Assembly (NCBI RefSeq): GCF_964204645.1
Contig: NC_134029.1
Location: forward strand, 18,532,950 to 18,596,949
From: Tubulanus polymorphus
Lineage: Eukaryota > Animalia > Nemertea
Direction of reading: 5' to 3'
Length of the DNA: 64,000 nt
The notes beneath the pieces were generated by a model. It ran no database searches, was not told where the DNA came from, and was given only the letters and a program-made list of their open reading frames with translations. Positions 30,623 to 45,000 of this stretch are shown piece by piece; within the stretch, counting starts at the first letter, position 1, and every line of letters starts with the position of its first letter. A program made the position numbers and the translations under genes.

Positions 30623-31980
30623 ATATGTACAATAAAATACGACATTAAAAAAAAATGATACGGAAAATGTTTTTAGTTTCGTTCTGTTTTGTGGAGTTAT
30701 GAAGTGCACTTTCGATCACCCACCATTATTTGGACCAATGGCCTTTTGGTGGAGGTTGATCTTCAACTGTTTTGTTGGCAGATGAAAAGGTTCGGATTTA
30801 ATTTCACGAATATTAGTTTGATTTTGTTCATTATGGATTGCTGAGGGTCGAGGAGTGTGGACGTGTTAACCTTGGCCAACTAGCGGATCGATAATTCTAC
30901 ATCGGGTACTACTTTTATGGTTGTAGTAGTAGTAGGGCGGGTTCGAATCCCATAATTACGAACAGGTATTCGCCGTCTATTTATCAAATTACACCCTAAA
31001 ATTGATGGTAGATTCCTGGTTTGATTATTTTCTCAATGGAGGCTAGTGAGAAAATCTAATTTAGGATCATATCTATGAGTTTCCCGTGAGACGATATGTA
31101 GAACAAAATAGTACGTTCGCGCATGCACACATAGAATGCGCTAGAATTTGCGTGGTGTGCCCATCTGAACGGGGCACTACCGAAAAATTACTGGGGAAAA
31201 TCCCATTTTTCTCCCTTTATTTGGAAATTTTATGATTTTTGACGATACGCGATGGAAGCAGCACAGTAAATTATACGTAATCACCGCTTTTACTGAGCTA
31301 TATGCTCTTGTGTTCGCAAGAAATCAGCATCGAAACGGGTCAGGTAATAGTCTTTCATTTCCTCAAATCTGACGTTTCATCATTAAACATAGGCCCTATT
31401 AAATTAGTATTGGCTCTAGTTAGTTACCTAATCGTTGGCTTATTTATAATGAATGGACCGAAAATGCTATGATGCCGGTTTTCTGCCAATCGATTTCGAA
31501 ATTTAAAACGTTGAGTTCGAAGCAAAATCCTTAACCGATTATAGGCCTAATGATCGAGGGCTTCAAATGTATAAAACGTTCTATATTTTCGGAATATTGC
31601 GGTTGTTTTGTAAATCCATACGATCTTCCAGCTTTGCAAATGCGAATTTTGTTATTTATTTTCGATCCAGGCGATTTCGGCCCTAATTTTGCGTTCAAAG
31701 ACATATAATTCACGAACTATTCATTCGAAGTTAACAGGATTAGTTTCGTAAGAAGCAGGAAGTTTTCAGCTTTCATATCATGCCTGGATTATCGAAATTG
31801 GATGAAAAATAACAAAGTAGTAAGCGACTGAAGTTGAGAAGTGTGTGTGCGTCGTTAGCTCCCTTGTTATTTTATAGGCCTATATACTATGGACATTGGA
31901 TTAACAGATTATCGTTTTATTACCTACAACTCTGATATGAGGTTGCTGACTACCTATCCTCCTGATCTCATATGAGTTTT

Positions 31981-32040
31981 TTATCTTAAAATAGGGATTG
32001 ACCCTGTTATTTATTTGATTAGTAGATTTCATTTGATTTT
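31981..32040. repeat. Dispersed ~60-bp repeat (4 copies)
   Basis: ATCTTAAAATAGGGATTGACCCTGTTATTTATTTGATT(A/G)GTAGATTTC also occurs at ~58010-58067 (+), ~52805-52870 (-) and, diverged, at ~28508-28567 (-). Confidence 0.8.
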
Positions 32041-32197
32041 CTGTTTTTAGAGAGACCTTCATCCATTAAATTTGCACCATTGGTTCCCCGTTCCAGATCG
32101 CCTTTCATTTCCTAGAATAACTTAATTTTGGTGTTGTTACCGGTTTAGGTTCTGTGGCTAGTAGGATTGGTGGACAGTGATTGTGTACTACAACAGG

Positions 32198-35100
32198 ATG
32201 AAACTTTGTAACGAACGACTTCAGCAGCTAGGCAACCGTCTGGAGTTGGCTTTGACTCGGGAAAAGAATAACAAGAATCCTTTCAACGTGTACAAGCGAC
32301 TGATTCCGGTGAGTGTGACTAAAGTCAAAATCAGTTTAATCGTCATAGCTGGGATGATTGTTGTATTGACAACTTATGCTTAGTTAATGGAATTGGAAAC
32401 ACATAAGTAAGGACTAAAAATAGTGGTGAATTAAGTAATGTGATGACTTCAAAGTGGCGTCCACCCAGTTTCATTTTCACCCCATCCCCTGAAAATTTTC
32501 TGCCCGGACCTATTAGAGTTAATCAGACTGAGTTAATGATTAATAAACATTTTCACGCCTATTCATAGCCGTTGCATTAGTTACAATGATTGACTACCAT
32601 ACCAAATTAATTTCTCTACAACCACAAAAGCTGGTACATAGATTCTAGCGTATCGATTTCTAGTGATATGATACCAGGAAGTTATGATTTGATTACTGTA
32701 CACAGGATTTGAACCCATGACCAGATATATATCTGCGTTGAATGTTCAAACCATTCATTCATTCTGTTCCACGCTGGTGAATTTGTTTAGCTCCACAGTT
32801 TTGTTTAGATAACCATTTAAACACTATATTCGTGTTGTGACGGAAATGCGTAGAGAATCCCACAATAAGGATGAAAAAAATAATATGGAGTCCGAAAAAT
32901 GTTTCCTTGAGCTATTAGTTTATTCTACATAAAGTGCTAGCTCAAGGAAACGTTTTTTGGACTAATTTTTTCCGATATTATTGTAGGATGCTCTATACGT
33001 TTTGGTTAGAACTTTGCAAGTTAAGATTTTATTTGATAATGTTCACATCTTTCGTTTGCGATGGAATTTGACGGCCTGTAGGCCTATCGGTTCCTGTGGA
33101 TCACCGTATAAATATGTAGGCCTATATGTGATCGTTTTCAATTTCAGGGTAAAGATGTATTTCCTCAGCAGCGCGACCAAGCTGTCCTATGGATAATGCG
33201 TCTTTGCGACAAGTTTCATTTTTACCCGGAAACATTCGCCCTCAGCATAAACATTCTTGATCGAGTTCTTTCCTCAGTCAAGGTAAGAAACTATCGGGTT
33301 GTTGAAACGGTCAACCATTCCAATATATAATACGTAGAGAGCGATGATATGTTCGAGGTTGTTCGTTTATTGACATATTTTTCGATCAACTTATTCCAGG
33401 TCAACCCTCGGTACTTGCAATGTATTGTCACGACCAGTCTATACCTAGCTGCCAAACTTTTGGAAGAAAATGAGGTAAAATGTGTAACCTTTGTAATACC
33501 ACTGTTTTTGTGTTATCAAGTTAAATCAACAGGCTATCAGTTGTTTATATGAAATGTAATATAAGTGTTCTTCCCTTTGCTTGACATTTCCATATATAGG
33601 AAGAGAAAGTGTCAATATGGAAACAAACACACTTAATTTGGCTCATTGGTGAATTTTGAACTTGTTGTAATAACCATTGTTGATCCGATGAATTATAAAA
33701 TTTGAGGTTTCCTATGACAAATTAAACTTAGTAGGCCTACGCGGCCTATTTTTGACAGGTTCTAATATTGCCGCTGCAAATTTTCTTCAATTTCATTAAA
33801 AACATGGTATAGATAAGAAAGAAAAAAAACTTCATTCAGTAAATTATTGCAGCGGTAGTCGTTACACTTCCAACGCCACTTATAAACTACTTAGACATGG
33901 CTTCATAGACAATAACGATAGGACTCTGTGTGTGAAATGTAGTCATTCCATAAATATTTTTTTACTTGTCGCTTCAGGTAGTACCAGGAACGTTGGAATT
34001 TGTAAGAAGTACACAATGTGGCTGTACGGTTAGCGAAGTACTGCGAATGGAACGAGTGATCTTAGATAAACTACAGTGGCAGATCAACTCTAGTACAGCC
34101 TTAGACTTCTTGCATATTGTAAGCACGATTTACTGATTTCTTCTTTCCCAATTGTTGCGTTCAGAGACGGTCTGATTTTATCCCTTGACGGGAGGATTTG
34201 ATAGATTTGATCCATTTATCTTTCAGTTCCATACGATGCTATTGTCCAGTAATCCTCAGCTATTCGGTAGCCACAGCCACCTGACCCCGGCGTATCAGCT
34301 GTCAGCGCTGACCACGAAACTCAAGTTCTGTTTGGCCCATCATCAGCTGGTCGCTTTCAGACCGTCCACGCTAGCTTTGGCTGTTCTCAGTCTCGAAATG
34401 GAATCGTACACCGGCGAATGGTTCTCGCTGACATGTTACCTCCAACATTTGGCTCAGGTAAACTTTCATATCCATGTTATATTATTAGAAATGTTATTGC
34501 ATTATCAACATTGAGTCGAGAAGATGCACAATATCCGTGTAAGATGAATAACGAGAGAAATCCCACTATAAATTCAGATAATTAAAATACATATCATCTT
34601 ATATTTACCTTAGAACTTTTCATTTTTCGCTGGATTTATAGCAGAATTTTTCTTATTATTAACATTGTTGATATTAGGTGTTTTGAATTTCAATGTTTTT
34701 GAGATTGTCCCGCTACCCCCCTAGGGAAATCACCACTGGGGTAAAATGCATTTCCAGACATCGATACCCCCTTGAATCTGACGTTTTGACCGGAGAGAAA
34801 GTCCATTTTCAGGCAGAAAACCCATTCCTTGAAGTGTGTAATCTACTAGGGTACTCGTAAACCCAGCTATCCCGCCAGCTGGCGTGACGAGCAGTAGGTC
34901 GTCCGTTGTCAAAACGAGTTCATTTTTAGTGAACTTTGAACTGGATTTTTAGACTCCCCAATCCATATATTATCACAGCACCCGCCGAATATACAATACT
35001 TTCATTCTTCTACTCGGTTATCGGGATAGTTTTCTTGAATAATTGATTCATTTAAAAGAAAAGTTAATTTAGATTTAATTGAAATGTAGAACAAATCGAA

Positions 35101-35571
35101 TGCAGACGATCAACTTTACTTAACTGGCAGATCCTCCCTGCCATACCTGGAATCCTCGATTGCCACAGTAGTACTGCGGGTACCCCATTCATGGTTCACT
35201 GCAGATACGCTAAGCGTTAACGAGGTTCATCTTGAAGTTGTCACGATATCAAAACATTCCCAATTTTCGTTTTCTCATTTCATCAGATCGATTCTCGTCG
35301 GCTGATCCACTGTCGCGAGGCGGTCGCGTCGTGTTTGTCGAGCAGCCAATACAAGAAGAACGTCGTCTACCGCTTCAGTCTCGAGGCCGTGAACAAACGA
35401 GTGAAACGCAGTCTCAGCGAATCGGACGACGATCCGAACATCTACGACGGCATCAAACGGTTGTACAACAGCGAAGACGGCGGCGGTGGCGCGATGAGTT
35501 GCGGGCTCGCCGCGCGATGCGGCGCTGACGATACGCCATGTCCTACATTGAAACCAGTCGAAGTTAATTAG
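32198..35571 (+). CDS. CCNI: Cyclin I
   Basis: Exons 32198-32308, 33148-33282, 33400-33474, 33978-34118, 34227-34457, 35287-35571, with a probable non-coding exon ending at the donor near 31343. Motifs QRDQAVLW, FYPETFAL...LDR, LAAKLLEE, EVLRMERVILDKLQW and LDFLHIFH, plus cyclin-I-specific YDGIKRLYN and PCPTLKPV. Confidence 0.93.
32846..33000. repeat. Short inverted-repeat element
   Basis: Arms ...GTCCGAAAAATGTTTCCTTGAGCTA / TAGCTCAAGGAAACGTTTTTTGGAC..., complementary over ~65 bp with mismatches. Confidence 0.6.
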
Positions 35572-38500
35572 ATAGCGACAACGACCAACTGCACAACTAC
35601 CGCGTATTAAACGACAATATTTGCCCTGTTTTAAATAAGATTATTGGTCGGGTGTTATTTGTTTATTTTACATGTATTATTGAAAACTCCGAGGGTTACA
35701 ATTTGCCTTTGAAATACTGTACGGTAGAGACTTCGGTTGGATCTTTTTCGACCGTAACAATTCGTCCGACCTGTCGATATATGGGATACGCAATCGAATA
35801 AAATTTCTCCATATATCCAAGTTGATAATGTAAAGTTTAAATATCCAAGTTGAAAAGTAAGCATAATTTTATTAGAGGTAACCAGACATAATCGCGCGGA
35901 GGGTCCCTACAACTCCTTGATTCCTTAAAAACTCCTTCAAAAAGGAAAATGCTTTTTAAGATGCTTGAAACTCCTTTGATTAGAACGAAATGTTCAAAAC
36001 TAAAAAAACTACTTCAATTTTGGCATATATACAATTAGAAAGTTTTGACTAGTTTATAGTTGTACAGTAGAAACCAAGTTTAGGATAGAAATTTGCTTAC
36101 AAAACCACTTGAAGTTTACCGCGATAACAGTGTACCAATTTAGGAGGAGTCTACTGTAATTGAGATGAAAATGATGCAGACGCTTCCTCGAAATTCGAAA
36201 TTTTTTAAAACTCCTTGGAAACCCCTTATATCCAGGAATTGCTGATCTGTAGGGACCCTGATACAACAACCTAAGTCTAAAGCTTAGAGTTTTGATCTAT
36301 AGGTTACTGTAAACTATTTCGGTCACCTGCAAATTCTTTTTCGAAAAAAAAACGAACTTTCAGGAAATTGTGCTCTTTCGATGACTTTTCAATACGTACG
36401 TATGTATACGTTGGGTGTGTGTGTGTGTGTAATCATCGAAGACGAATAGCTTTTCGTCGTAACGCTATCTCCGCCTTCATTTCGCCGTCTGTTCAACGCT
36501 TCGTCGACTTTACTCGTGAACGCGCGACGAAACTCAACGAAGCGTTGATACACGACGAAATGTTATCATCGTTTACCTTCTTGCGATACTCGTCGATTTA
36601 TAGTCGTAACGGTATTTCGAAATACCGTCGGTGAGTTTTCTCGATCGAAAATTTTTTACACAAAAACATCTTTTTTTTCTCAGTTGATGTAAGCATTGCT
36701 GGAGCATCTCAATCACCATTTTATCGAACGGTAGTTTCTACCGTTTAAGGGTTTAAAAAAAACAATGCGCCAAACCAAAGAAGATTTCTGAACTCTTAAA
36801 TCTGACTTATTCCAACCCCTCTTATAAAAATGGATCTACTCTATTTCATTTTTGGGATCTGGCACACTCAGGCATATCCACATGTATTCGGTTTGGTGAA
36901 TGTTTTATATGCAACTGCAATTTGTGATAAGATTCTACAACCGGTAGGCTACTCAATCGAATTAATTCAATTTCATTGACAATTTCAACGAGGTTGGCAG
37001 GTTTCTATTACACTGTTGGGTCCAGTGCCTCGGTTACGAGTTGAAATCAGTTCATTTTCAGAGTTAACTCGGAGTGAAATCTGAACTCAGAACTCCGGAA
37101 CTGGGTCCCGCTTTGAATCGATTTGCGCTAGTGCAACGAGATTTAATTTCATCCCATAACGATAAGAATATGATAAAAAATCTTCGATCGAAAATGTACT
37201 TCTTTCATCATCGAAGAATTTTAGAAAAACAACTGATATTTTGACGTACTGAACGATGGCTTCTGTTTTAAATATCCGCGACATCGAACTCGATGCTAAA
37301 TTCTCTCTCTCGCGTACGTGCGGATTTTTCTCGGGAACTCCCGACGTACGGATTTCGGTTAGTTTTATTAGTATGTAAATTATTTAACGTGTAATTATTC
37401 TTAGGTTAGTCTTAAGTTCCTATTATGAATAAAAAAATATCGTAGTTCAACAGGTGCTCTTTGTGCTCGGCGGTCGCCGGTGCCGGAACAAAATACTGTA
37501 CAAAAAAAATTATAAAAAAACGGTTTTTTATACGAATTGAAAAAAAATGTATGTAAAAAGTTTAAAATGTTAGCAAAAAAGCTCCAATGGACCACGCCTT
37601 TTGTGGGGAGGTATAAAGTTATTTTATTATTATTTTGCGTGTTGCGTCTTGCTGTGTTTGATTGTGTTGCGACGACGACTGGCCGTAAAAAAAGCGCCAA
37701 ATTTCTCTCGGATGTCACGATCTCGCAAAACGAAATATCAACGAGTTATATTTTAATATATTTCCCCTTAATCAGGACATTTTTCGGGTGTGCTAGAGAG
37801 CGAGTTTGAATGCGAGCTTAAAAAGAAGATAACTGCATGGATAGATCTGGAGGAGTCAATATTATTGTCTATAAATGTTCTCAACCTTGTGTGCTCGGGT
37901 CATCTTAGAAAGGCCTATGCAGTAAATAGTCTCAAATGGTCCATTGCAAAAAATATTGTATTTTATCATCATTTGTTTATCTTTCACTATGTGTGTTACT
38001 AGTATTATTTCATTATGTATTGTTACCGGTATCATCATTTTTGACCGTATCGTCCTGTGTTAATGTCATTGTTACGTATTTATTACCAACAGTCAACTGA
38101 TCGGCTGACTGATTCAAAAGACTTTTGATGATGAAACTTTTGTCACACTCAAAAATTCAGTCGGTTTCAAGAAGAATCTGGTAGTCATTCCATAAGTAAT
38201 TGATTCCCCGTTTATATTCTCTATACTGTGTTTGTCCTGTCCACTTATGGTTCTAGATATTTTCTCTGTCTCTGCGCAAAGATCGAAATGAGTGCCAATA
38301 TTTGTTGTTTTCGTTAGCGTAGAATGACCGTAATTATAGAAATAGAACCGTTTCTACCGTTTTCCGGTCATTCTTTATTTATCATTAAATTGTCTTGTCG
38401 TGTGTTGTCATTGTGTGTCTTCTGGTGTATGACTTCAAAAATCGTATCAATCAAAAATAATCTATCAGCCATTATTGAATGAAAGGGCCCGATTTAGGTG

Positions 38501-41287
38501 TGGAGCTCTTATTTCTGGCTGTATGCGTGCATGATATGGTTTCTCATTTGAAGAAAAAAAATCGGTTTATTGCATGTTATGTAGCACGGGTCACTGCTTA
38601 GTCATTGTGTGGCTTAGATACTGTTCGGTGAAACTTAGCAAATTGATTACAATGAGATTTGTACTTTTTAGGGGTCTAGTACAGTAAAATGGGTCATTCA
38701 TAAAATGCACGCTCCATATTACGCAAGGGTCATATTTGACTCGGGAGTCCGATCCGGGCCAAAACTTATCCATTTGATAGCCACTTATGGATTGCTTTAT
38801 GAACACGTAATTCGATACATAGAAATGAGGCCCGGGGTAGGTTTGTAATGAATCCGCAATGTTTGCCATCTTATGAATGACCCCTTACTAAGTCCTTGTC
38901 AATTCGCTAAGACGGATTGGTTTGGATTGAGTTTTGTTAAACTTGTATCCTGAGTATGGCACTCACTGTCGTATCTTATCATCTAATCATTCTCATTACT
39001 ATGGTTAGGCAAGACCTAAGTCGAGCCGGCTTAACTTGTATTTTTACCACTCCCTAGTTTGTGAATCGTTCAATTCGTTTTTGTCCCACGTGAGTTCGGC
39101 GGGCTCGACTGCGGTCGGTGTTGTGTATTTTTCTTTTGTTAAAGGGGATAAATCATTTTTTTTTTTTCAAGGCAGCTGAAATAACGGGAAAAAAATTATC
39201 ATTTATCCCTTCGTAAATGTCAGCGTCGTGAAATCACGATTCTCTTCTTAAACCAGGGCAAACCGTTCATAATCGCGAATATACATAGAAATTGATAGTT
39301 ACGTGTCATTTCATTTCGCGGCATATTATTCCTGTCAGTATAGTTTACCGTTTTGCTTCATCTCTTTCGGTAAAGATATACCATTCGAAACATAATATTT
39401 GTGTATGATTATTCCTAGAAAGACCCAAAGACAGAATCGAATGTTTGTTTTTTTTTTTTTAATCGGAATCGAACTTGCGCGTAATTTCCATTGAATTTGC
39501 TCATTCGTACGATATCGCGGTCAGCTATGCAAAGTGTTTCGATGGCCGAGTGTCATTGGCGAAAGAGAATGTTTTTTCTACTTTGATACTTCTTTTGTAA
39601 CAGCTGTACGTAGTGCTACTACTCGTTGCGAAAGACTGTCTACTACAACTACAAGCCAGGGTAGTCATGGGTCATCGGATCTCATATCGGGAACAGGTGC
39701 GTATATCGTAATGATTGATTCGCGCAGCGAAAAAAAATTCTTGTTTATACCCTAAAAAAATCAAATTAACCTGAATTTAACGATGTCTTTCGGTTTAGAT
39801 AATCGTACGGAAGTACCCAAAATTATTCATGTACCTATTGTGTAGGGGTGAGTTTCACACAAAATTCTCGGGTAGGGATTAGAAATCTCTCTAACCAGAA
39901 GGTTTTCGTCGTCTCCTCCGCGCCCGGCAGCGATGCGACGCGCGGATGACCGAACGAAACTCGAGCAAAAAAATGACCAAAAAAAAAACTTGGAGACGAT
40001 CGTGCTGTGTAAAACATAGCAGCTTTCAGACAGAGTTTCAGTTAGCCTTGCGCCGTGTTTCGCCGTGAAAGAAATATGAAAAAAGATTGCCGGCTTACAC
40101 TCGGTGCAAGGTTCGAAAACGGGAATATTTTATGTATTAAAGTAGCTTTGTTTTAAAATCTACGGCATATGTTGACGGCTAAAACGATCGTTCGTTTCGG
40201 TCGTCAGAATAGCAATAAAAACAGGTGCATTTTTTACGGTGCGAGATGGGGGACACTTACTGCTGAATCGTACTAAACGACTACTACTTTAGTATCACTC
40301 TCCGTAATTGTCACACTTATCGCGACGAGAAACCCGGTACTTACTAAAAAATCTGCCCGTCTCGCATCGGATATTTGCGCGTATTGTTTATATTGTTTGT
40401 TACGATGGAGAGTGAGATTATATTAAAATAAACGTGTCTCCAAACAAAATCATTCGATCTTTTTTTCATTCGATTTGGTGTTCTATTCTTTGGTGTTCTA
40501 TTCTATGTTTAACCATGGGCTCTAAAACGGTGACGTCACATATACGAGGAATGTACGGAAAACTGTAGCTCGGATACTATTTTGCCAAGATCAACGGAGG
40601 CATTTTCACGTTCCTTCATTTTTGAGTTCATGGTTTAACAGGTTCAATGATTTTTCCAGAGAAGACTTACTTACTGCCTCTATTGTTTCAACCCGCTTAG
40701 GTCATTTGTTTAACATGGGACGAGTGCAATTTCAATAGTTGTCTTTTCAGGGGCAAAACTGTCATTACTGATTGGCCTGTAGTTCTTGATCAGAGCCTGG
40801 CTCAACTAAGTGACAAGGGAAAACATAACACAGGGGAATAATTTCTCTCATTGGAAAACAAGAGAATTTGATAAAACACTGGGAAATGGTGTCAACGCCT
40901 TTTTCCCTGCTGATTGTGTTGTATCTCTTGTCACATCTTTTCAACAATTTTCGTTTCATGCGAGTTAATTTGAATTCCTATAAGAATAGGATTCTTATAG
41001 ACGGTTCCATAGTCAAGACTTAAGACCAAAAGTGGTCTTAAATCTTACGACTGACCTTAAGTTGTTAGATTGGCTATAGAATTAAGTTGGTCTTAGAACG
41101 GTCATAAGTCTAAGCCTTGACTGGAACCAGCCCCTGGGCTAGCTAACTACTTGGCTGAGGTAACAACACTGGTCTCTTCTACTGATGTTTATCAGAACAT
41201 GGGGAAAGTTCCGATTTTACCGGGAAAACACAGGGAACGTGGAAGTGGATATATTGTGGTCGCCCTGCATTATATTGCATTGAAATT

Positions 41288-41540
41288 CAGGGCCGTCGGA
41301 ACACTTTTTTGCTTAACAAAAATTTTTTCAAAAGCACGCTGTACCGCGTAGCAGCTCATCGTTCTCTGTGTACTATAGGTGGTTGGCTCACGACTTCTCA
41401 TGCTCCAGTGAACGAGACCGTGAAATGGCCCCAAAGCACATCTCCGGCGATTGAATTTTCAAAATTTTTCTAGGGGAGGACCCCCAGACCACCCTTCAGA
41501 AATAAGCCTCGCCACTGAAAAATTCCTTCCGACGGCTCTG
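41288..41540 (+). mobile_element. hAT-like MITE with 5-bp TSD (copy 2)
   Basis: Same TIRs and body as 16679-16946; flanks AAATT / AAGTT. Confidence 0.85.
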
Positions 41541-42056
41541 AAGTTTGAGATGGGTAAGCTACAGGAAGAGGCAGTCATTAGTCAATCATAACTGTATGTA
41601 ATATCTGCCAATGTTCATCTGTCTAAGATAATGAAGAGGGGTGCAGTAAAATAATCGTTCTTGGGCCTCTCCACAGCATTGGGATACAGATACTTCCAAT
41701 CCAATACACGTACGCAACAGTCCAATAATCAACTAGATTTGAAAGAGAACAATAGGACAACTATGGAATTTCAGTCAAATATATTAATAATTTCATTTAT
41801 TAAGTAACAGTCAATGATCGATACAATTCCGGAAATTGCATATGAAGCGAAATTACATCGAAGTGAATTATAATTATTGAATTATATATGCCACTAATAA
41901 ATTATTCGACACAATAAAACTACTGGCTTTTCATTAATCACAATATTCCCTAACCTTTTAAAATCAATAGTGAAAACTTAAAATGCAAACCTCTTGTAAG
42001 TTGCGTTCCGATCGTATTTTATAAGTCAAAAAAACCTAAAACCCAGTTATTCGTCG

Positions 42057-45000
42057 TCAAGTTTTATTCAAGATCAAAACGGAGAAAATAATTAATGCAA
42101 CGACCATCAACAATACCCATATATATCGCTTATATTTCGTAAGGAAACTCGGCTCTTCAACGATTTCTTTTTTAGAACGCGATTTCCGTTTCGGACCCGA
42201 ATGAAATTTGCGGTTATACTTTTCTAATTCTTCCTTCTGTTTTCGAACTTCCTCTTCTTTTTTCATTCGCTCGGCCTCCGACGCTTCCTGTAATTGACAA
42301 TAATATTGAGGATATGCAGCGACTTCCACTAGGTGGGCACTTGTGACTTGTTTTTCCCCCGACTATTCCTAGACATACATTGTTTTCCCCGACTTGATCT
42401 GCCAAGAATCCGATCAATTAACACAGTGCGTATGACATAGACGGATACTGTTTGATTATACTTGCGATATAGCAATCTCAACAAATTTCTCTGACTCATC
42501 TCTGACTTGAGGCTTTTTCTTACAAAATTCCCTGACTTTTTTAAAGAAAAGAAAATTCCCCGATTTCCAGGTAAGTGGCCCCAATGTTACACATTTGGAA
42601 TATTTTAGGAGGGGACCCTTCTATAGAATCCGAATGCAATAAGGCCCTCAGTATCAAGATGTATAGTTCAGTTTGCTTAGTGAGAAATCTTTATTGAATT
42701 TATGTAAAAACTAGGACATGGCATCAATTAACTAGGCGTCCAGAGACACCATTGCCAAGTGGGCTAAAAACTGGAAATCTAGAAACAGATTTTGCATTCA
42801 TGTGTTTTGATGTATATTCGCCCACCATCGCAAGACGCATACAGAAACAAATATACAGCGCCACTCGTGATAAAAGTAGTAATTGTACCACATGCCATTC
42901 AAATAGCTGACAATTTTGATCAGTTATGTGATTCGCTCATTGGCGTTTTACAATAAGCAGGGTTACTTAGCTTAGTATAAAACAACATGTATGAGTCGTG
43001 CATGAAAATATCTGTTGAAAAGGAACATTTTGATTGACAATTTGAAGGATTTTGCGTCCGAGATGTAAACGTAACACCGGCGTACCTTTTGCTTTTTCTC
43101 TTTTATTTTCAAGCACGCTGCATCGCAATCGAGATTAGCTTGATGTTTTTGATTCACAACGCAGGCAAAATTTTTCTTCTTGCGTTTACACGGGCAGTGT
43201 CTAGTTACTGACTCGGTGCATTCATTCGCTTTCGAACACGCGCCATCGTGACACGATAAAATGCAGAAATGGCCGCACGACATCTGAAGGCAAAGAAAAC
43301 ATTTGAAAAGTGTTATGAAAGAGTGGACATTTTTAATCTGTTTCATTCATTTTTTACAGTCTTGCAAGTTACACATTTTTATTACATGGGAACATCTGTA
43401 CAAAATTTAAGGGCCCCAAAGATACAAATTCAGTACTAATGTCCTGTTGGGTTCTGTACATACATAGAGCATCAAGAATCTGAAAAATTCAATACACCAG
43501 GTACAGTCAAGTTTGCTTAATTTGTTTCATAGGCATCTACTTTGATTACCCATTTGATTTCTAACTTTTGTCAAGTTCGCTTATCAAAGTTAAAATTTGC
43601 TGATACGAATTAAGTGGACTTTTAATTGCATTTCATTACAAACCTGCCAAAAATATGAGTAAAAACGAACCCAATCATCAACTTACATGTTTAGTGCACT
43701 GTCCCATACAAGATTTCAGCTTGTTCTGTTCAGATTCAGAAGCAGTTATCCATTGATTGCACTCGATGTACAACTGTAAACTGCTGCAGTGACATCTTGT
43801 TTTGATTCGGTGTTCGCACGGCGGACATTGCCCCGGGTGACACGTCAGCAGACATTTATGCTTGCATCCGATTGGTCGCTTTCTGTTGCATTGAGCCTCA
43901 CACATCAAACAGTTTTTTCCTGCCTGTTAAAGAGGATAATAACGAGCGTAAACAAACGATGTCAAAAAGATTCTATATTCCACTTGATCTTCAGCCTACA
44001 ATTACGAAACACACCAGCTCATGAGGTACTATTTACAGGTTTATCGGTAGTACCAGTAACCTGAAGTTATGTATAATCAGTTTTTCAAAATTTTACTTCT
44101 ACCAAGAGGAATAGAAGTAGATTGTAGAATTTACAAGAACAAGGACTCCACAAAGCTGCTGCGGCAAGCAAAGAGCCACAAAGTTAGCTTGTGAACAGAA
44201 TGCTGGATTTCTTCTTTAACTCAATAGATTTTTATAACAAAATTGCACACTTTGAACCCTAAAGATCAATGCTCTGCAGGAGATATTGTCTAAAGACATA
44301 ATTCATAAACGGCTAAAACATGATTTCAGTTGGGCCTAATTGAAAACAAAGTCTGAAATTTTAGTGGTGGCCAACTGGTGGTATGTCCGCATTCCTTAAA
44401 AGAAAGCTGACCCTCTTCAAATGTGATTTCCTCTTGATCCGGGAGAACTTAAATGTCTCCACCAATCGATTGTACCAGGTTCCCATCCAGAGTTATTAGT
44501 GAGAATTTCAGTTCATTAAGCAAATGATTCTCTACCTTTTCATTATCACTGGCCCCTTGTACTTTGTGACACTCATGGGCACACGTATGATTGCCGCATG
44601 GTAATTTGCGACCGCAACTATTTGAACAGGAATATGATCGTGCCTCGCTGCATGGCATATTGATAGTCTGAAATAAACAAAATAATTTTGTTACCGTTAT
44701 TTGAATTTCAAGTACAGTTGAGTCCCGATAAAATTTCCCGTTTCTGAACGCCTAAAATGGAGCTAACATTGAGATCATTTGGGCATTTTGTGACTAAGAT
44801 AAGTTCATTTAAGCGTGTCCCATTACAGGGTTGCTTCTCATTTTACCTCTTACTATCTCACAGGGTGGCCACTTTTATTTGACTTGCATTTTATTTGACA
44901 TGCATGTTGTTCGCTTTTTGCAGGATCATGCAATCTCAACAATTTTCACAGATTTTGCTTTGATTCTAAGCTTTTTTTTTTTTTTTACAAAATTCCTTTG

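Noticed and set aside
33262-33264. Mammalian CCNI R75G A-to-I recoding site
   Set aside because: The equivalent Arg codon is CGA, so A-to-I editing would be synonymous.
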